Source: Lingula anatina (taxonomy: Eukaryota > Animalia > Brachiopoda). Taken from it: a stretch of DNA of 64,000 nucleotides. Position 1 is the first letter of the stretch. Each line of letters starts with the position of its first letter. Shown piece after piece: positions 13,113 through 52,117 of this stretch. Under the pieces are notes generated by a model, which saw only the letters and a program-made list of their open reading frames with translations, was not told the DNA's origin and did not search any database. The stretch spans positions 20,460,001 to 20,524,000 of the forward strand of contig CM120645.1 in assembly GCA_051362555.1 (NCBI GenBank), given 5' to 3'. Position numbers and translations under genes: made by a program.

Positions 13113-14895
13113 TTAAGCATCAAAAAGAGACTCATCAAAAGGAAGAAATCCCTGACAGTCAGCATATCCACAATGACACAGTTTTCTTAGGCTTAGTACA
13201 CAGTCATTTTCAGTACTTTTTGGTACTGGTCCAGAAGAACCAGAGTAATTAAAACTCAACTCTTCCCCAGCAAAAATGTCCCTAGAAGCAAAGAGTGCCA
13301 ACTTTGGCACAGAATTGTCCACTCTCGCTGGCACAATGTAAAGATTGGGGCCACAAGAATGGTTAATGAATCTTCCCACATTGCCAATCTTAGTAGGATC
13401 TATATATGTTGTTAGCACCTCATTTGGGGCCAGCTGTATATCCTCATTTACAGCCAAATGTACATGTATATTCTCATTTGGGCAAACATGCATATCCTTA
13501 TTCAGCGTCGCATGTATATTTCCATTTGCAAGCTCATGTCTATACTCAGTTGAGGCAACATGTTTATCTTCCTTTGGGGGCGCATTACTATGCTCAGCTT
13601 GGGCTAAATGTATATGCTCTCGTAGAACAAATATGTAGTTCATGTCTGTGTGCTTTAAAGCTTTAGTCCTTTGCTTGGCCTCTTCTTGGGTAAGGACTTC
13701 CCCTGCATATTCACAAACAAAATGATCCTTGGGAATAGTTTCAAGTGCGTATAAGCCAAAACCTTTATCACTGTCTGTGTTGCGAACTTGAAGCTTGAAC
13801 TGTACACCTCTTTGCACAATCCTGTTGGAACACTGAATACTGCACTTACACTCCCTATTGCACTCATACACAGGTTTATCACACAGTGAGATTGCAGTAC
13901 AAATTAACTGTCCCTCATTGTTATAGGAAGGTCCAAATCTTTGAATACAAGGGCAGGTATCAGGTAAACACACTGAGTGGCAGTCACAGCCTTGAAACTG
14001 GGATAGGAAGTCCTCTGTGTCTGTCCCTGGACCAGGAATATTGCATTTTGTGTACTGTAAATGAATTACAAAAATCATTAATGATACATGTATCATATGC
14101 ACAGCATCACATGTACTGTACATGTACAGTACCTGCACCATCAGAATCAGTCTGGCTTCAAAAAAAAAAAAAAGTGAGAGAGAGAGAGAGAGAAGGCCCA
14201 GGTGTCAAGAACTGACATGTAATTCTGTGGGAAATGGAGCATAAATTTTAATGTAAATGTGTCTGAGGAGTAATTAAATTAAACATTTTATAACCATGGA
14301 ATCTAGCTGCTGCTACTTGGTAAATTTCTGCATAAAACATTACATTGTATTGAGTACTTTTTCCCAGATCATAGTTTGGCTTTTTACTCTCTGATTTTTC
14401 AGTGTTTTACAAGAAACTTCCAATGAAATACAATGAGACAGACAATGAGTGTTGAGGTCAGTAAACTGAGTTTGAAAGTGTCTTGTGAAAATATCAAAAG
14501 TACAGTAAGTAAACGGCCAAACTATTTCATTGTTCAATGTCACCACAAACTAAGTATAGAAAAACATTAAAAATCAAAGACTTATTGGGTGGAAGAAAAT
14601 GCAAATACAAAGGTTCCAATTGCATGTACTAGTAAATGTATCATTTTGTACTGTGTACCAGTACCAGTTCGTCTACTATTTTTGCTTAGAACTACAATGT
14701 ACTGTATGAATCTATCGAGGGAATTATATATCGGATAAAATTGTTATATCGAATTTGCTCAACCCTCCCTTACACCCGACTCCCTTTTCTTCAAAGTGTT
14801 ATTATTCACTGTACCTGAAAGACGGGGGATCGCTCTTTTCGATCTCTCTTGTCGAGGTAAATCGGAATATTTTCACATCCTTCGCTAACATCCAT
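13113..14895 (-). CDS. SETMAR: SETMAR-type histone-lysine methyltransferase (pre-SET/SET/post-SET, no transposase), 340 aa
   Basis: Exon 1 is 14895-14815 (MDVSEGCENIPIYLDKRDRKERSPVFQ|gtac). Exon 2 is 14054-13113 (cag|YTKCNIPGPG..FDA*). Pre-SET GCDC..C..CPC..ECNRECKCSIQCSNR; SET KGFGL, FVCEYAGE, GNVGRFINHSC, ELSFNY; post-SET CHCGYADC. The N-terminus and the FQ|YT intron match the SET moiety of SETMAR. Confidence 0.9.
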
Positions 14896-15054
14896 GTCTC
14901 CTCTCACAACGCATGTTGTTTACGGAAGTGGAGCTCTTTTGCCAATAAAGTACAGAAATCAACTTCCGTTTCTACAACCGCTTGGAATTTTAACGCTTTT
15001 GTTGTGAAGATTAAAGGGGATTATTCTAAGATGTGATATTTGCTTCTATCAAAG
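14896..15054. promoter_or_regulatory. Compact bidirectional promoter shared by the SET gene and dystroglycan, plus a probable non-coding first exon of dystroglycan
   Basis: ETS/GABP-type motifs in opposite orientation (cggaagtg 14923-14930, acttccg 14962-14968) flank a CCAAT (14942). Donor aaag|gtatgc at 15054 and acceptor tttcag| at 15450. Confidence 0.55.
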
Positions 15055-15531
15055 GTATGCGAATTTTGTGCTTTAAGTGAAATGTTATAGTTCAGTTAGT
15101 TTTCAGTAAGCTCAAGTAGTGAGATAAGTGATTTAGCATTGGTCAGGCTTGGAGTTTTGAAGAAAATGACTCATTTCGCTGATCAACGAATGATTTGACA
15201 ACTACAGTACAGCGGTATGCAGTGATGCATTGATCTAAAATATTTCATTTCTTTTTCAATTTTTCATCTCTCCATTATACCTTGTCGTAACTGGGTGCTC
15301 TTTTCAGTTATGCCAGTTTTGTTCGAAAATGTTTGCAAATGCACGTCTTACATTAAATTTTACCTGAGACATAAAAAGCTTAAAAGAAGGCGTGGTTAGC
15401 TTCTTAAGACAAAAGTTAAATATATTCCCATCTACTTTCCATCGTTTCAGGGAGAAAAGATGTAGAGGGGATACCATCGGGACAGATTGGTCGTGCCATC
15501 AAATGCCAGGCTAAGGCATAAAAGACAGAAC

Positions 15532-15807
15532 ATGTCCTCACTGTGCAGATTGGAATTGTTATTTCTCCTATGCTTACTGAGAGCAAGCTTCTGCTATGTG
15601 CATGAGCCAGATATACTTGATATTGTGAATGGAGGTGCTGCAACAAACAGTGGACTTTTTACACAGAGATTTAATCTGGATTTGCCTGATGTTAGTGTTG
15701 TGGAGGGGCATTTGTTTCAGTACAAAATACCAACTGTGGCTCTTGAAAACAGGCGTCTTGTTGTTCAGGTGAGGATGTACACACACACACACACACACAT
15801 ACACACA

Positions 15808-15848
<41 letters not shown>

Positions 15849-18800
15849 ACACATACACACATACACACACACACATACACACACACACACACACATACAC
15901 ACACACATACACACACACATACACACACATACACATACACAACATTTGGGCACACGTATGCATGCATGCATAATTTTTTTATATAGTTCTTCAGTTTGTA
16001 CATTATTCTCTTGTGACTTATTGTTCACATACTAGTAAACACACAAGTGTTTCCAGCACTTACTGATTCTTACAAATAGTTACTTGTTTGAAGATTGCAG
16101 CTAATGCATTCAGTCCTGTTTACCCTTTACATGTATATATATTCTTTGAGCTTATGATAGAATAATCATTTGGAACATATTTAGAAATTCTTCCTGGTCA
16201 CTGCTATATGGAAAATTGGCATAATAAATAACTATGCATGTAGATTTCATTGTCATTTTGATATTTTAGAAAAGTTTTAATTCAATTTTGAAAAGAGCTA
16301 CCGGTAAATTTACTAGTATATAAATCTTTCCATTCATGAAATATTCAGTGCTAATATAGTGCCAATGATATTTCAGTTGACAGAAGTTGGAAAACCCACA
16401 TTACCATCATGGATGTACTTCAACCAGTCATCTCACACTCTTGTGGGCATACCGGTCACTGCTGGTCAGTTTTACATACAAGTAGATATAAAGGTATACA
16501 CTGGAATAATTCCCAGCAAGGACATCAACAGGGGCAACAGTGATGAGCTCTGGTCAGATGAATTAGTAACAAATAGGGGGCAGCACAGGACAGAGGGGTT
16601 GTTAACAAATGGATTTATAAAGAAGGAGCACTTGGTTGCCACTGATGTGTTCAGTATTATTGTCTGTGATGCCTTGACAAGTTGTCAACCAGTTCACAGT
16701 CAGCCACAGAGCCTTCAAAACTTTCAGGAATCTCCAAAAATAACATCAACATCATCGCCTTCATCTTCATCTTCATCATCGTTTTCTTCATCGAACCAAC
16801 CTGATTGTCCCGGAGAAGTGTTTGCTTACTCTGCCAACATTGTCTTGGATGTAGACCTGGCAGAGCTCCCATTACATAGAAGAATGAAGCTTTTGCAAGA
16901 TTTGGCAAGCTTTGTTCAAATTCCTGTAGAGAAAGTAACATTAAATGAGTACATGGGAATGAGAGGGAATACTGTGAACCAAGAACTAGTTATTTTAATG
17001 GCAGGACCAGGGAATGTTCAAAATGGTGTCTCCTCTTCTAGTGGCAAAGGCGTCCTTATGTCGTGGCCAATCAGCTGTGGGGAGTTCAGATTCGCCAGAG
17101 ACTTCAGCCAGGTCCTGGATCACAACGTAGCCGGTGGGAGAATAACCAGCGAAATTGGCTTCAATATCATTGGTTGGCATATCACAGCATTCATGCCAAC
17201 AAGGTCTGGGGGCCAGAAGAAAAAGCGCACAAAGAGACAGCTGAACCAGGCGACTCCATTCCCAGGCACGCCCTCACTCAGCGTGGCACAGCCCACCAGG
17301 TTGACTCTGCTGTCCACCATATCTGAGACACTGAGCACAGACATGACATCTTCCCCACAACCCCCAGTACAAACTTCTAGTACCAGTACTGTCGTATCAG
17401 CTTCAAGCCTTTTTGACAGCTCTGTTTTTTCAGGGTCATTCAGTGATGTTAGTCCATTGTCGCCATCAACTAGTGAGTCTTTGCCAGAGGGACCATCTCA
17501 AACTGTTACTTTGTCCAGCATTATAGAGACATCTTCACTAGTTGACCAGTCTAGCGACAGCACTTTTGAGTTTTCTACTCTTATTTTGTCATCATTTGTC
17601 ACTGTAGATACAACATCTACCAGCATAGACACAGTGGTGACATCATCATCATCAGCAACAGCAACAATCTCAGTTACATCGTCATCGGTTTTTAATGTCA
17701 CCACAGTAACACCAGCAGTAACAACAACAGTAACAACAGAAGAAGAAACAACAACAGAGATAACAACAACAACACCAGAGGCAACTACAACTGAACCTGA
17801 AACTACAACTGAAGAAGAAGTGACAACAACAGAAGCCGAGACAACAACAGTAGAAGAAACAACTACTGAACTTGATACAACAACAATGCCAACAACAACA
17901 CCAATAACAACAACAACAACAGAGAAACAAACCACTGTACTAAACACAACAATATCAGCACCAACAACAACAGTAACAGTAGAAGATACAACCACTGTAG
18001 AAGATACTACTACAGTAAAGCCAACCACTACAACTGAAGGAATTACAACTTCAACAGCAGCAACAACTACGGAAAATATAACTGAAGCAGTGACAACAGC
18101 TACAACAAAAATACAAACTGATACAACAACAGCAAACATCACAGAGGAGTTCACCACTGAAGCAGTAACAACTCCACACCTGACAACAGAAGCTGTAACT
18201 ACAACTTTGCAACCCACAACAGGAGTAACTCTGACTTTGAATACCACTGTAGAAAATACAACAGCAGCAGCACTGAGTACCACTGAAATGCTCACAACTG
18301 AAGCAGTTACAAATGTCACAACAGAAGTCACAACAATGGTGCCAGCAGTTACAACTGAAACAACTATTGCCACCACCGAAGCAACTACAACTACTCCCAC
18401 AGAAATCACAACTGAGCAAATAACAACAACAACGGAATCATTAACAACTATACCAGTGACAACATCACTTACAACAACAGAGTCGATAACCACACCCGCT
18501 ACCACTGCAACAACACCTGAAACAACAACGGAAGTCATTACAACTTCCACGGAAGGGGCAACTACTACTGAGGCAACAACTGAGAGTATTACAACATCTG
18601 AAGGCATAACAACATCAACAGCAGCATTGACAACAACAAAACCAACAACACCAACTTCAACAACAGATATGAAAACCACAGCAGAAACAACAACAACAAC
18701 AAAGGCAGTGACAACAACGTTTGAAATTACAACACCGAAAGATGAGACAACCACAACTTCTGAGACCACTACAGCTCCGTCTACTACAGCTCCGTCTACT

Positions 18801-20409
18801 ACAGTGAGCCCTACTGTTGCCATGACAACAGCCAAAGAAACAACAACAACAGTAATGACAACTACATTGCCACCAACTACCACTGTGCAGACAACTACAA
18901 TAGAGATCACCACAGGTAAGTTACTAGGGTCACTGGAAAGTACATAAATGTGTGTGGCTTAAATTGTACACATTTTATATGAATTCTAGTACTAGTATTT
19001 AATTTAGCAAAAAAGTAGCTACTTCAATATGAATGGTTTTTGATTATATATTATTGATCTGGTTTTTAATTTCATTTGGAGGAAGGGATTATTATACATA
19101 AATTGAATAAAGAAAAACAATGATAATTTGATAAATTATTAATTCTGACAGAAAAATAACAAATTAGTTGATAATTTATACTCACGTATTTCCAGTGCCA
19201 GTAAACCAGGCTCCCATACTGTACAACCAGTTCGATAATCTCCGGGTGTTTCAAGGGGAGTATTTCAGCTACCTAGTACCCCGCGACACCTTCCACGACA
19301 GAGAAGACGGGGACACCAGACACCTCAATCTGTCCCTTCTGGACAGTGGGACTGGAGAAATACTTGGGCCTGCGTCATGGGTTTTGTTTAATGAGCCAAA
19401 TCAAATCATATATGGAGTTCCAGTGTTTGCCAATTTGCTTCTTAATCCGCAGGAATTTCAACTCATGGCAGAAGATTCTGGTGGATTATTCAGCACTGAG
19501 GTGTTTAATATATTTATCAACAGTTCGAGTGTGGTGGATATATCCCATGTCTTTGTCATATCTCTAGAGGAGAATTACTTACAGTTTGTTAATGATACTC
19601 AAAACTTGATCACATTGATGCAAAAGATTGGAAAATTCTTCGGGGATTCAGACTCGAGATTTGTAACAGTTGTATCAGTCACTAATGGATCTGTGAATGT
19701 TGCTTGGAGTAACAACAGTTTCTCAAAACTAGTTTGTCAAAATGAAAGCATACACTTCCTTCTAGATGAAATAATCGACCCAACATCAGGGAACATCAAA
19801 TCAAATTTCTCCGCAGCGATGCTCCCGGAGTTCAGGGTGCTCTCCGTCCAGTATCGCCCCCTAGGGGTGTGTGTGCCAGGTGATGTGCTGCCCCCTATAG
19901 TTTCTGTGGGGGCAGTTGCCATTGACAACTACTATATTTATCTTGTCACAATTATCCCAGCGGTGGGTGTGGTGCTGATTCTATTGCTCATTGGTTTGAT
20001 TGTCTGCATCCTGTACAGACGTCGTAGGGACAGTGGAGACAGACTGGTCAAGGCAGACAAGCCAACATACAATGCCAAGCGTGGCAAACGAAAACCAGTC
20101 ATTTTACCGGAGGAGCTCGAATTACAGGAGGTGGATCGTAAGCCTAAGAAACCACTATTCCTGTTACCTGACAGTGATCCCCTCATGGGGGGTCCTGTGG
20201 CTAGACCCCCAGCAGAGAGACCACACCCACCACCGCCACCCCAATATCGTGTACCACAGTTTGACTTTGATTGGCCTGATCAGGGGGATCAGACAACACC
20301 CCCACCTTCATATCACAGTGGGAGTGGGCGGGGCCCCCATAGGCCACCCCCACCTGCCTATCGCCTCCCTCCGCCCTATTTAGCTGAGCAAGGGGATTCA
20401 TCAGTGTAG
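15532..20409 (+). CDS. DAG1: Dystroglycan homolog, 1329 aa
   Basis: Coding exons 15532-15768, 16377-18915 and 19196-20409, with consistent phases. Domains in order: signal peptide; cadherin-like domain (EGHLFQYKIP..LPSWMYFN); furin site KKKRTKR followed by QLNQATP; long S/T mucin; second cadherin-like domain (NQAP..GEYFSYLVPRDTFHDREDG); SEA module with NGSVNVAWSN; TM helix; KPVILPEELE; PPxY motifs. Confidence 0.9.
15779..15941. repeat. (AC)n/(ACAT) compound microsatellite in a dystroglycan intron
   Basis: Directly visible, about 10 nt after the donor at 15768. Confidence 0.95.
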
Positions 20410-21756
20410 CCACACCCCTTTCTCCTCATAGCCTGGGGTTGGTTTCATAAAATAACTTAAACAGTAAGCTGGGCTGAACTTAAAAAAAAATCTACAATTC
20501 TGTCTACTTTTACCCTAGAGGAATGACTAATAGTCCACTTTATTAAAATATTGTACCCGCCTCATTTACCATAGAAAGATAATTACTATGTTTCATGCAA
20601 ATAGTTTTTTTCTAATGTTAGTGAACTAAAACCTGTATATCTTGAATTGAAGTTGACCAAAAAATTCAGCCAATAGTCCCATATCACTGTCCCATATAAC
20701 TGAAGCTGGGTGAAACTGCATTTATTTAACAATAATGGGTACTCCTCAAGTTACTGTTTTACACTGCCTGTTAAAGCTGTTTGCTGTGGATCGTTGAAAC
20801 AATACTGTTTATTAAATCCAAACTCATATTTAAGATTATTGTGGGCGCTTGTTCAAGTACCCTCTCAGTCCACATGTACTGGACACTCACCTGTAACAAA
20901 CAGATCAGGATCGCTACATTGCATTTATGTAGCAGACTTCCCTTATAAAAGCCCCAGTTAGTACTATCATTATATGTAACATTCTTGATATTTATTATTT
21001 TGCCATAACACATGGTTGTATGGATTTTCAGACTCCCGGTGCCTCAATTAATTATAAAGTTTGTAGCTTTTCTTTATATTTACGATATTTGTTTACTTAA
21101 TTTCCCTCCAAAAGGTCTCAAACAGCCATTGAATAAGTTGTATTGAATTTTTTCAACTGTTACTTAATGTTCTATTTATGAATTTGATTGTTCATAAATA
21201 TCTTTTATAACATCATGCTTAAAGAATGAAAATTAATTATGTATATTCCATGAACTCTATGCAATTTTTTACATAAAGATATTTTTCTTTTTGTAGAGGA
21301 ACTTTTGTATGTAACATAACAATCTGTATACTTTCTTAGATGTCCATTAAGATTTACCGTCCAATAAATATATCAATCCGATTTGCCAAATTTTCAGTTG
21401 AAATCTTAAAAGATTGGTCAAAAGAATAATCATGGGATGTTCAAATATACCTTTAAAAAGGTATTTCAAGATGATATAATTTTTAATTTACTGTATTGTC
21501 TTTTTCCAAAGATATTTAATTTTCAATGCAGTAGAAGGTAATGCAGTAGCAAGTAATTTAACAAGCAAAATGCTTCAATGTGAAGATTTATTTATAGATT
21601 TTATTTCATTTTGCATTTATGATATCAATTTTTTGTTACCAACATGAATGCAAGAACTGGTTCTAAAAGTTGTGTGCATTTTGCATGCTTAAACACGTTT
21701 CAATATCTCTGTTAACTTAGGAATGAAGTGCCTTTTGACAGGGCTGACATTTCTTC

Positions 21757-21768
21757 TTTATTAATAAA
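21757..21768. terminator. Candidate bidirectional poly(A) signal TTTATTAATAAA between the convergent DAG1 and INTS13 genes
   Basis: A perfect palindrome giving AATAAA on both strands. A GT/T-rich tract follows on the + strand (~21790-21810). Confidence 0.35.
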
Positions 21769-22494
21769 AACTTATAATATTTAAAAATATGTGGTTTATT
21801 TTGCTGTAATTCTGCCAGTTAATTCTACAAAAGACCACTTCCATTTTGTCCCCATCACTGTTGAAAACAAAATCATTTATTTGCACCTATTTGGTAGATG
21901 CACTTTTTTCAAACATTTCTCTGGGCTTTGCTCAAAACTGTTGCTATTGGCTTGTTTGTCCAACTTTGTTTAACATCCCAGCTCAATTACTTCGTTATAT
22001 CAGAGTTCATAATCCATCAAATTCCTTCTTGCCTAGATCCATCACCGTACATCAATAATCTGAAACTCTCAAAACCAACAGGTTTCTTCTCTTACCATGA
22101 TACTTTACACTTTCTCATGAAGACATGCAGCGGTGTCTGAACCTACTGCCATCACCTGTGGAGTCTGGCGCATTTCTCAACTGGTAAACATTGTTGCTGT
22201 TTTGATTACTCACTGTCTTAAAATGCTACTCGATTTCACAACTGAGCAGGATAAAATTATTCCTAACATTTGTATCAGTCACTTTGTTATATAATTTTGG
22301 CATTGTTTTTACTTAGTCAGAAGTACACAGCTCAGACTGTCTTGTGAGTCCTAATTTAAGGTATAGGTGGCAGCAATACTGAAGTCATTCCGTGGCTTAA
22401 CCAGAATTATAGAAGCTGTCTCCTGTAAGGCCAGGGCATGTGTTGTGTCAAATAGAAATCGTTTTTCTTTCAAGTCTTCACATAACTTAAACTA

Positions 22495-48968
<26,474 letters not shown>

Positions 48969-50101
48969 TTTGTGAGACTGTCAATAATATGATGATTATG
49001 TATAATTCCTGGTTCAGACTTGTCACTTTTAATTTGATATTATCAAAACTTTATCAAGGATTAAGAATTACTGAGGTTCATTTACAATGGTCAGTGTTAT
49101 CAAAAGATATTCTTCCCTAATATTATCATCAGTAGTCACTCTGGTGTGGTTACTTTAGGTTAGATGATCAGTGATGACTGCAGTGGGTGCACTTGTTCTA
49201 AGTCAGCTTTAATAGGCTTATTTGATATATAGTAACAGTAATATGATCAAAGCCAGTGCTGTTGGCAGGTGCTGTGTGGAGGGGAACTACATCTTTCTTA
49301 TGTTGGAATTTGGTCAATTCTTTAACAGCTCACTGTAAAAATAAAATACAATGCTAAAATTACAATTCATGAACTGAAAATATCAAAACAAACCAGACAA
49401 ATTTACTTTGCCTGATACATGCTTGCACAGCAATATATGTATGTACATTTCTATTTGTCCAAAGAAAATTGTCATTTGATGTACAACATACGAAAACGTC
49501 TGTCATTTATCTTATCAGAGTGCCCATATAGTAAATCCGGTATATGGGAAAAGCAAACTTAATCCCATACATAGATGGCTAAACAGAACACTCCATTTCA
49601 CTTTCAATTAACTTAGACTTGAACTGGTGCTAAGTTTCAATGTGAATATAAGATACACTAGTAGTTAAAGCACCCCAAATGTTCTTTTCTTGGCATATTA
49701 TTGAAGCATGCTTGACCTAAACATCCTATCTCCCCCTTAATGTCACATTTCACTCTAAAATATTTATTATTTTCGAGTTCTTACCCAAAGCACAGGGCTT
49801 CTTCCAGGTGCTTCAAAACTCAGCCTCGTTTGGAATATAGGTCAAACATGTTGCTCTTCGTAATTAGGTCACACTGGGGGAGGGGGGGGGGGACCTTTAA
49901 TGCATGTAATTCGTTTTTTATTTCCTTATTTTAAAACAAGTTTCTTTTTGTAGGAGTAAAATAGATGTTGGAAAATAGAAATTTACGCTGAGAGGAGGGG
50001 AGACGCGGAGGGGAAAGGAGGAAGGGGGAGAAGACGGCAAAGTTTTAAACCACATTTACAGACCTATTTCTGCTATTTAGTATTCACAGCTATCTTTTTT
50101 G

Positions 50102-50139
<38 letters not shown>

Positions 50140-50757
50140 GGTAGATTAAAAAGAAAACAATCAATTGAAACTATCAATTTGAAAAAAAAAAAAAAATGAC
50201 TGCAAATTTTTGCATGTTTACCTGGGTACCTGTAGTCCATAACCAGCTCAATTGTTCATACTGAGCTCGCCATTAAAATGGAGAACACGTACGTATATCT
50301 CTGTAATATGATTTTGTTTGTGGTCATTTATTTTAACTTGGCGTCAATGAATTTAATAATAAAATTAAGGATTTTAATAAATATATAGTGAAACTCTCTT
50401 CTTGTTTCACTTCATTTAACATAAAAAACAGTAAAACATCTTTTATAGGCGTTTTTTAGGCAGTATTATTTTATGATCTGATTTTAGTCATGGAAGTTAT
50501 TCCCTGTGGTTGAACGTTGTCACGCTGCAATTCTCAAGCATGTCGTGGTTCAATTTCATCAGTAGTAGTAGTACATGCAGTACATCACATAAATGCTCAT
50601 CACGCACATCACTTACAAGGCAATACACGGACAAGAGGGCGCGCAGGCAGCGGGAAAAAGTCAAAATCAATTTTCAGTGGTTTTAAGCACGAGCTTTTAC
50701 TCATTTTCATCCTGTATTTATTGCTTTGTTTATGATTATTGCTATTGTTGTTGTTGT

Positions 50758-50797
<40 letters not shown>

Positions 50798-51086
50798 TGA
50801 AGTAGTAGAGTGACGAAACTATTGGCTTGTCTTTTTCATGTTACGTGAGGTAGCAAATACAACTCAGATATTATCTTTCTTATTATTTATTTAACTACTG
50901 TTCAGTTGTTACCCGCGCCGCTTCCTTCATTTCTATTCCTACCTCATGCAATCTCTAGCGGCCTTCTCCCTGTTTATACTAAGCGCAGTAGTATAAATAC
51001 CATAAGAGCATGTCAATCAACTTAAGTTACTCTACTAAACACTCCCCGCTCTTCTTCACTGCATGCTGTCAATTTACTAACATCAC

Positions 51087-51117
<31 letters not shown>

Positions 51118-51538
51118 CAATCTGACAATAATGAAATTTCGTCTCCATCGTAGCTAGACTTGTTTTACAAGGTTAAACGCTGTGTTTAGCTGTTGATTGA
51201 AGAGAAAATTACCTTTTTCTTAAAATCTGTTGCCGGTAAATACCATAAACACCGTTTTAATTTACTTTAGATATCTTCATTAATTCTGTACTTACCTGTC
51301 ATCAAAATCTTTTGATGTTTTCTTTTTGATCCTGCAAAGGTTATCCATTGATTCACGAGACAGTTATTATGGCGTATCTGACAGTATACATTTAAGAAAA
51401 ACAATTATCACTAGCAGACTCGTTATTTTCTTGGAGGTTAAAGAAGGGTACCAGGAAAAATGACAACAAAAACGAAATCAGTTCTAAGCAATCAATCATA
51501 GTTCTAAGCCATACAGAATGGCACCGTTCACCCTCTAA

Positions 51539-51763
51539 GGGTGCATTCCCAGAGATTTAAATCGATCCAGAGATTTAGATTTAGATCGACCTAACTCCCT
51601 GGGGGTTCACGCTAAATTGCAGTCAGCCGAGCGCGCACCATAGTTAATTACCCCCTTACAGCTTTTAGTAGGCGGGACAGACGCTTAAGCCGGCTAAGCT
51701 GACAGTAATCTAGTGAGACTCCCCACAGGGATAGATCGATCTAAAATCTGTGGGAATGGGGTC
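51539..51763. mobile_element. Harbinger-like MITE inserted in an older hAT-like element
   Basis: TAA TSD (51536-51538 and 51764-51766). Imperfect TIR gggtgcattccc..gggaatggggtc. The host repeat (aatcatagttctaa..ccctctaa..aataatcctg) has an uninterrupted paralog at 58331-58524. Confidence 0.7.
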
Positions 51764-51992
51764 TAAAACACCAAAATTTATAGGGGCCCTTCACTGGACC
51801 CCGAACCCCACGCCAAAAGGGGGGGGGGGCTAGCTTAGCATCCGTGGACCCCTTTTTCAAATAATCCTGAACAGATTATGATGCCAAGTTATCTATAAAT
51901 ATGTTGTATTGGACACAGGGACGGAAAATTGTTCGGTTCTGCTTCGTTATGCTTGCTATACTGCTTTTTTTTTCGCCTAACTTATCTGGAAA

Positions 51993-52117
51993 GAGAAGAA
52001 TTTCATCAGCTGTGTTATAATTCCCTGATGCAGATGTTCTGCTAGACATCGAAATATTGGAGGTAAAAACTTTTTCAATATTAAGCTGTTGACTGAAGAA
52101 ACATTACTATATTCTTA
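51993..52117 (+). mobile_element. Penelope-like pLTR remnant carrying a degenerate minimal hammerhead motif
   Basis: 125-bp segment between 15-bp direct repeats taacttatctggaaa (51978-51992 and 52118-52132). Core: ttcc-CTGATG(c)a-gatgt..acatc-GAAATATT-ggag (52021-52062). Its first 26 nt recur inverted at ~57177-57202. Confidence 0.55.

Noticed and set aside
14055-14141. N-terminus MVQVLYMYS.. given in the ORF track for the SET protein
   Set aside because: It is intronic read-through; the homologous N-terminus is the exon at 14895-14815.
3353-14895. Convergent SETMAR-like fusion of the SET gene with the downstream Tc1 transposase
   Set aside because: The Tc1 is on the opposite strand, about 8.4 kb away and pseudogenised. 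The SET exon has its own stop at 13113.
17498-18913. 471-aa Val-rich ORF and Cys-rich ORFs on the minus strand
   Set aside because: They are antisense shadows of the Thr-rich (ACN) dystroglycan mucin exon.
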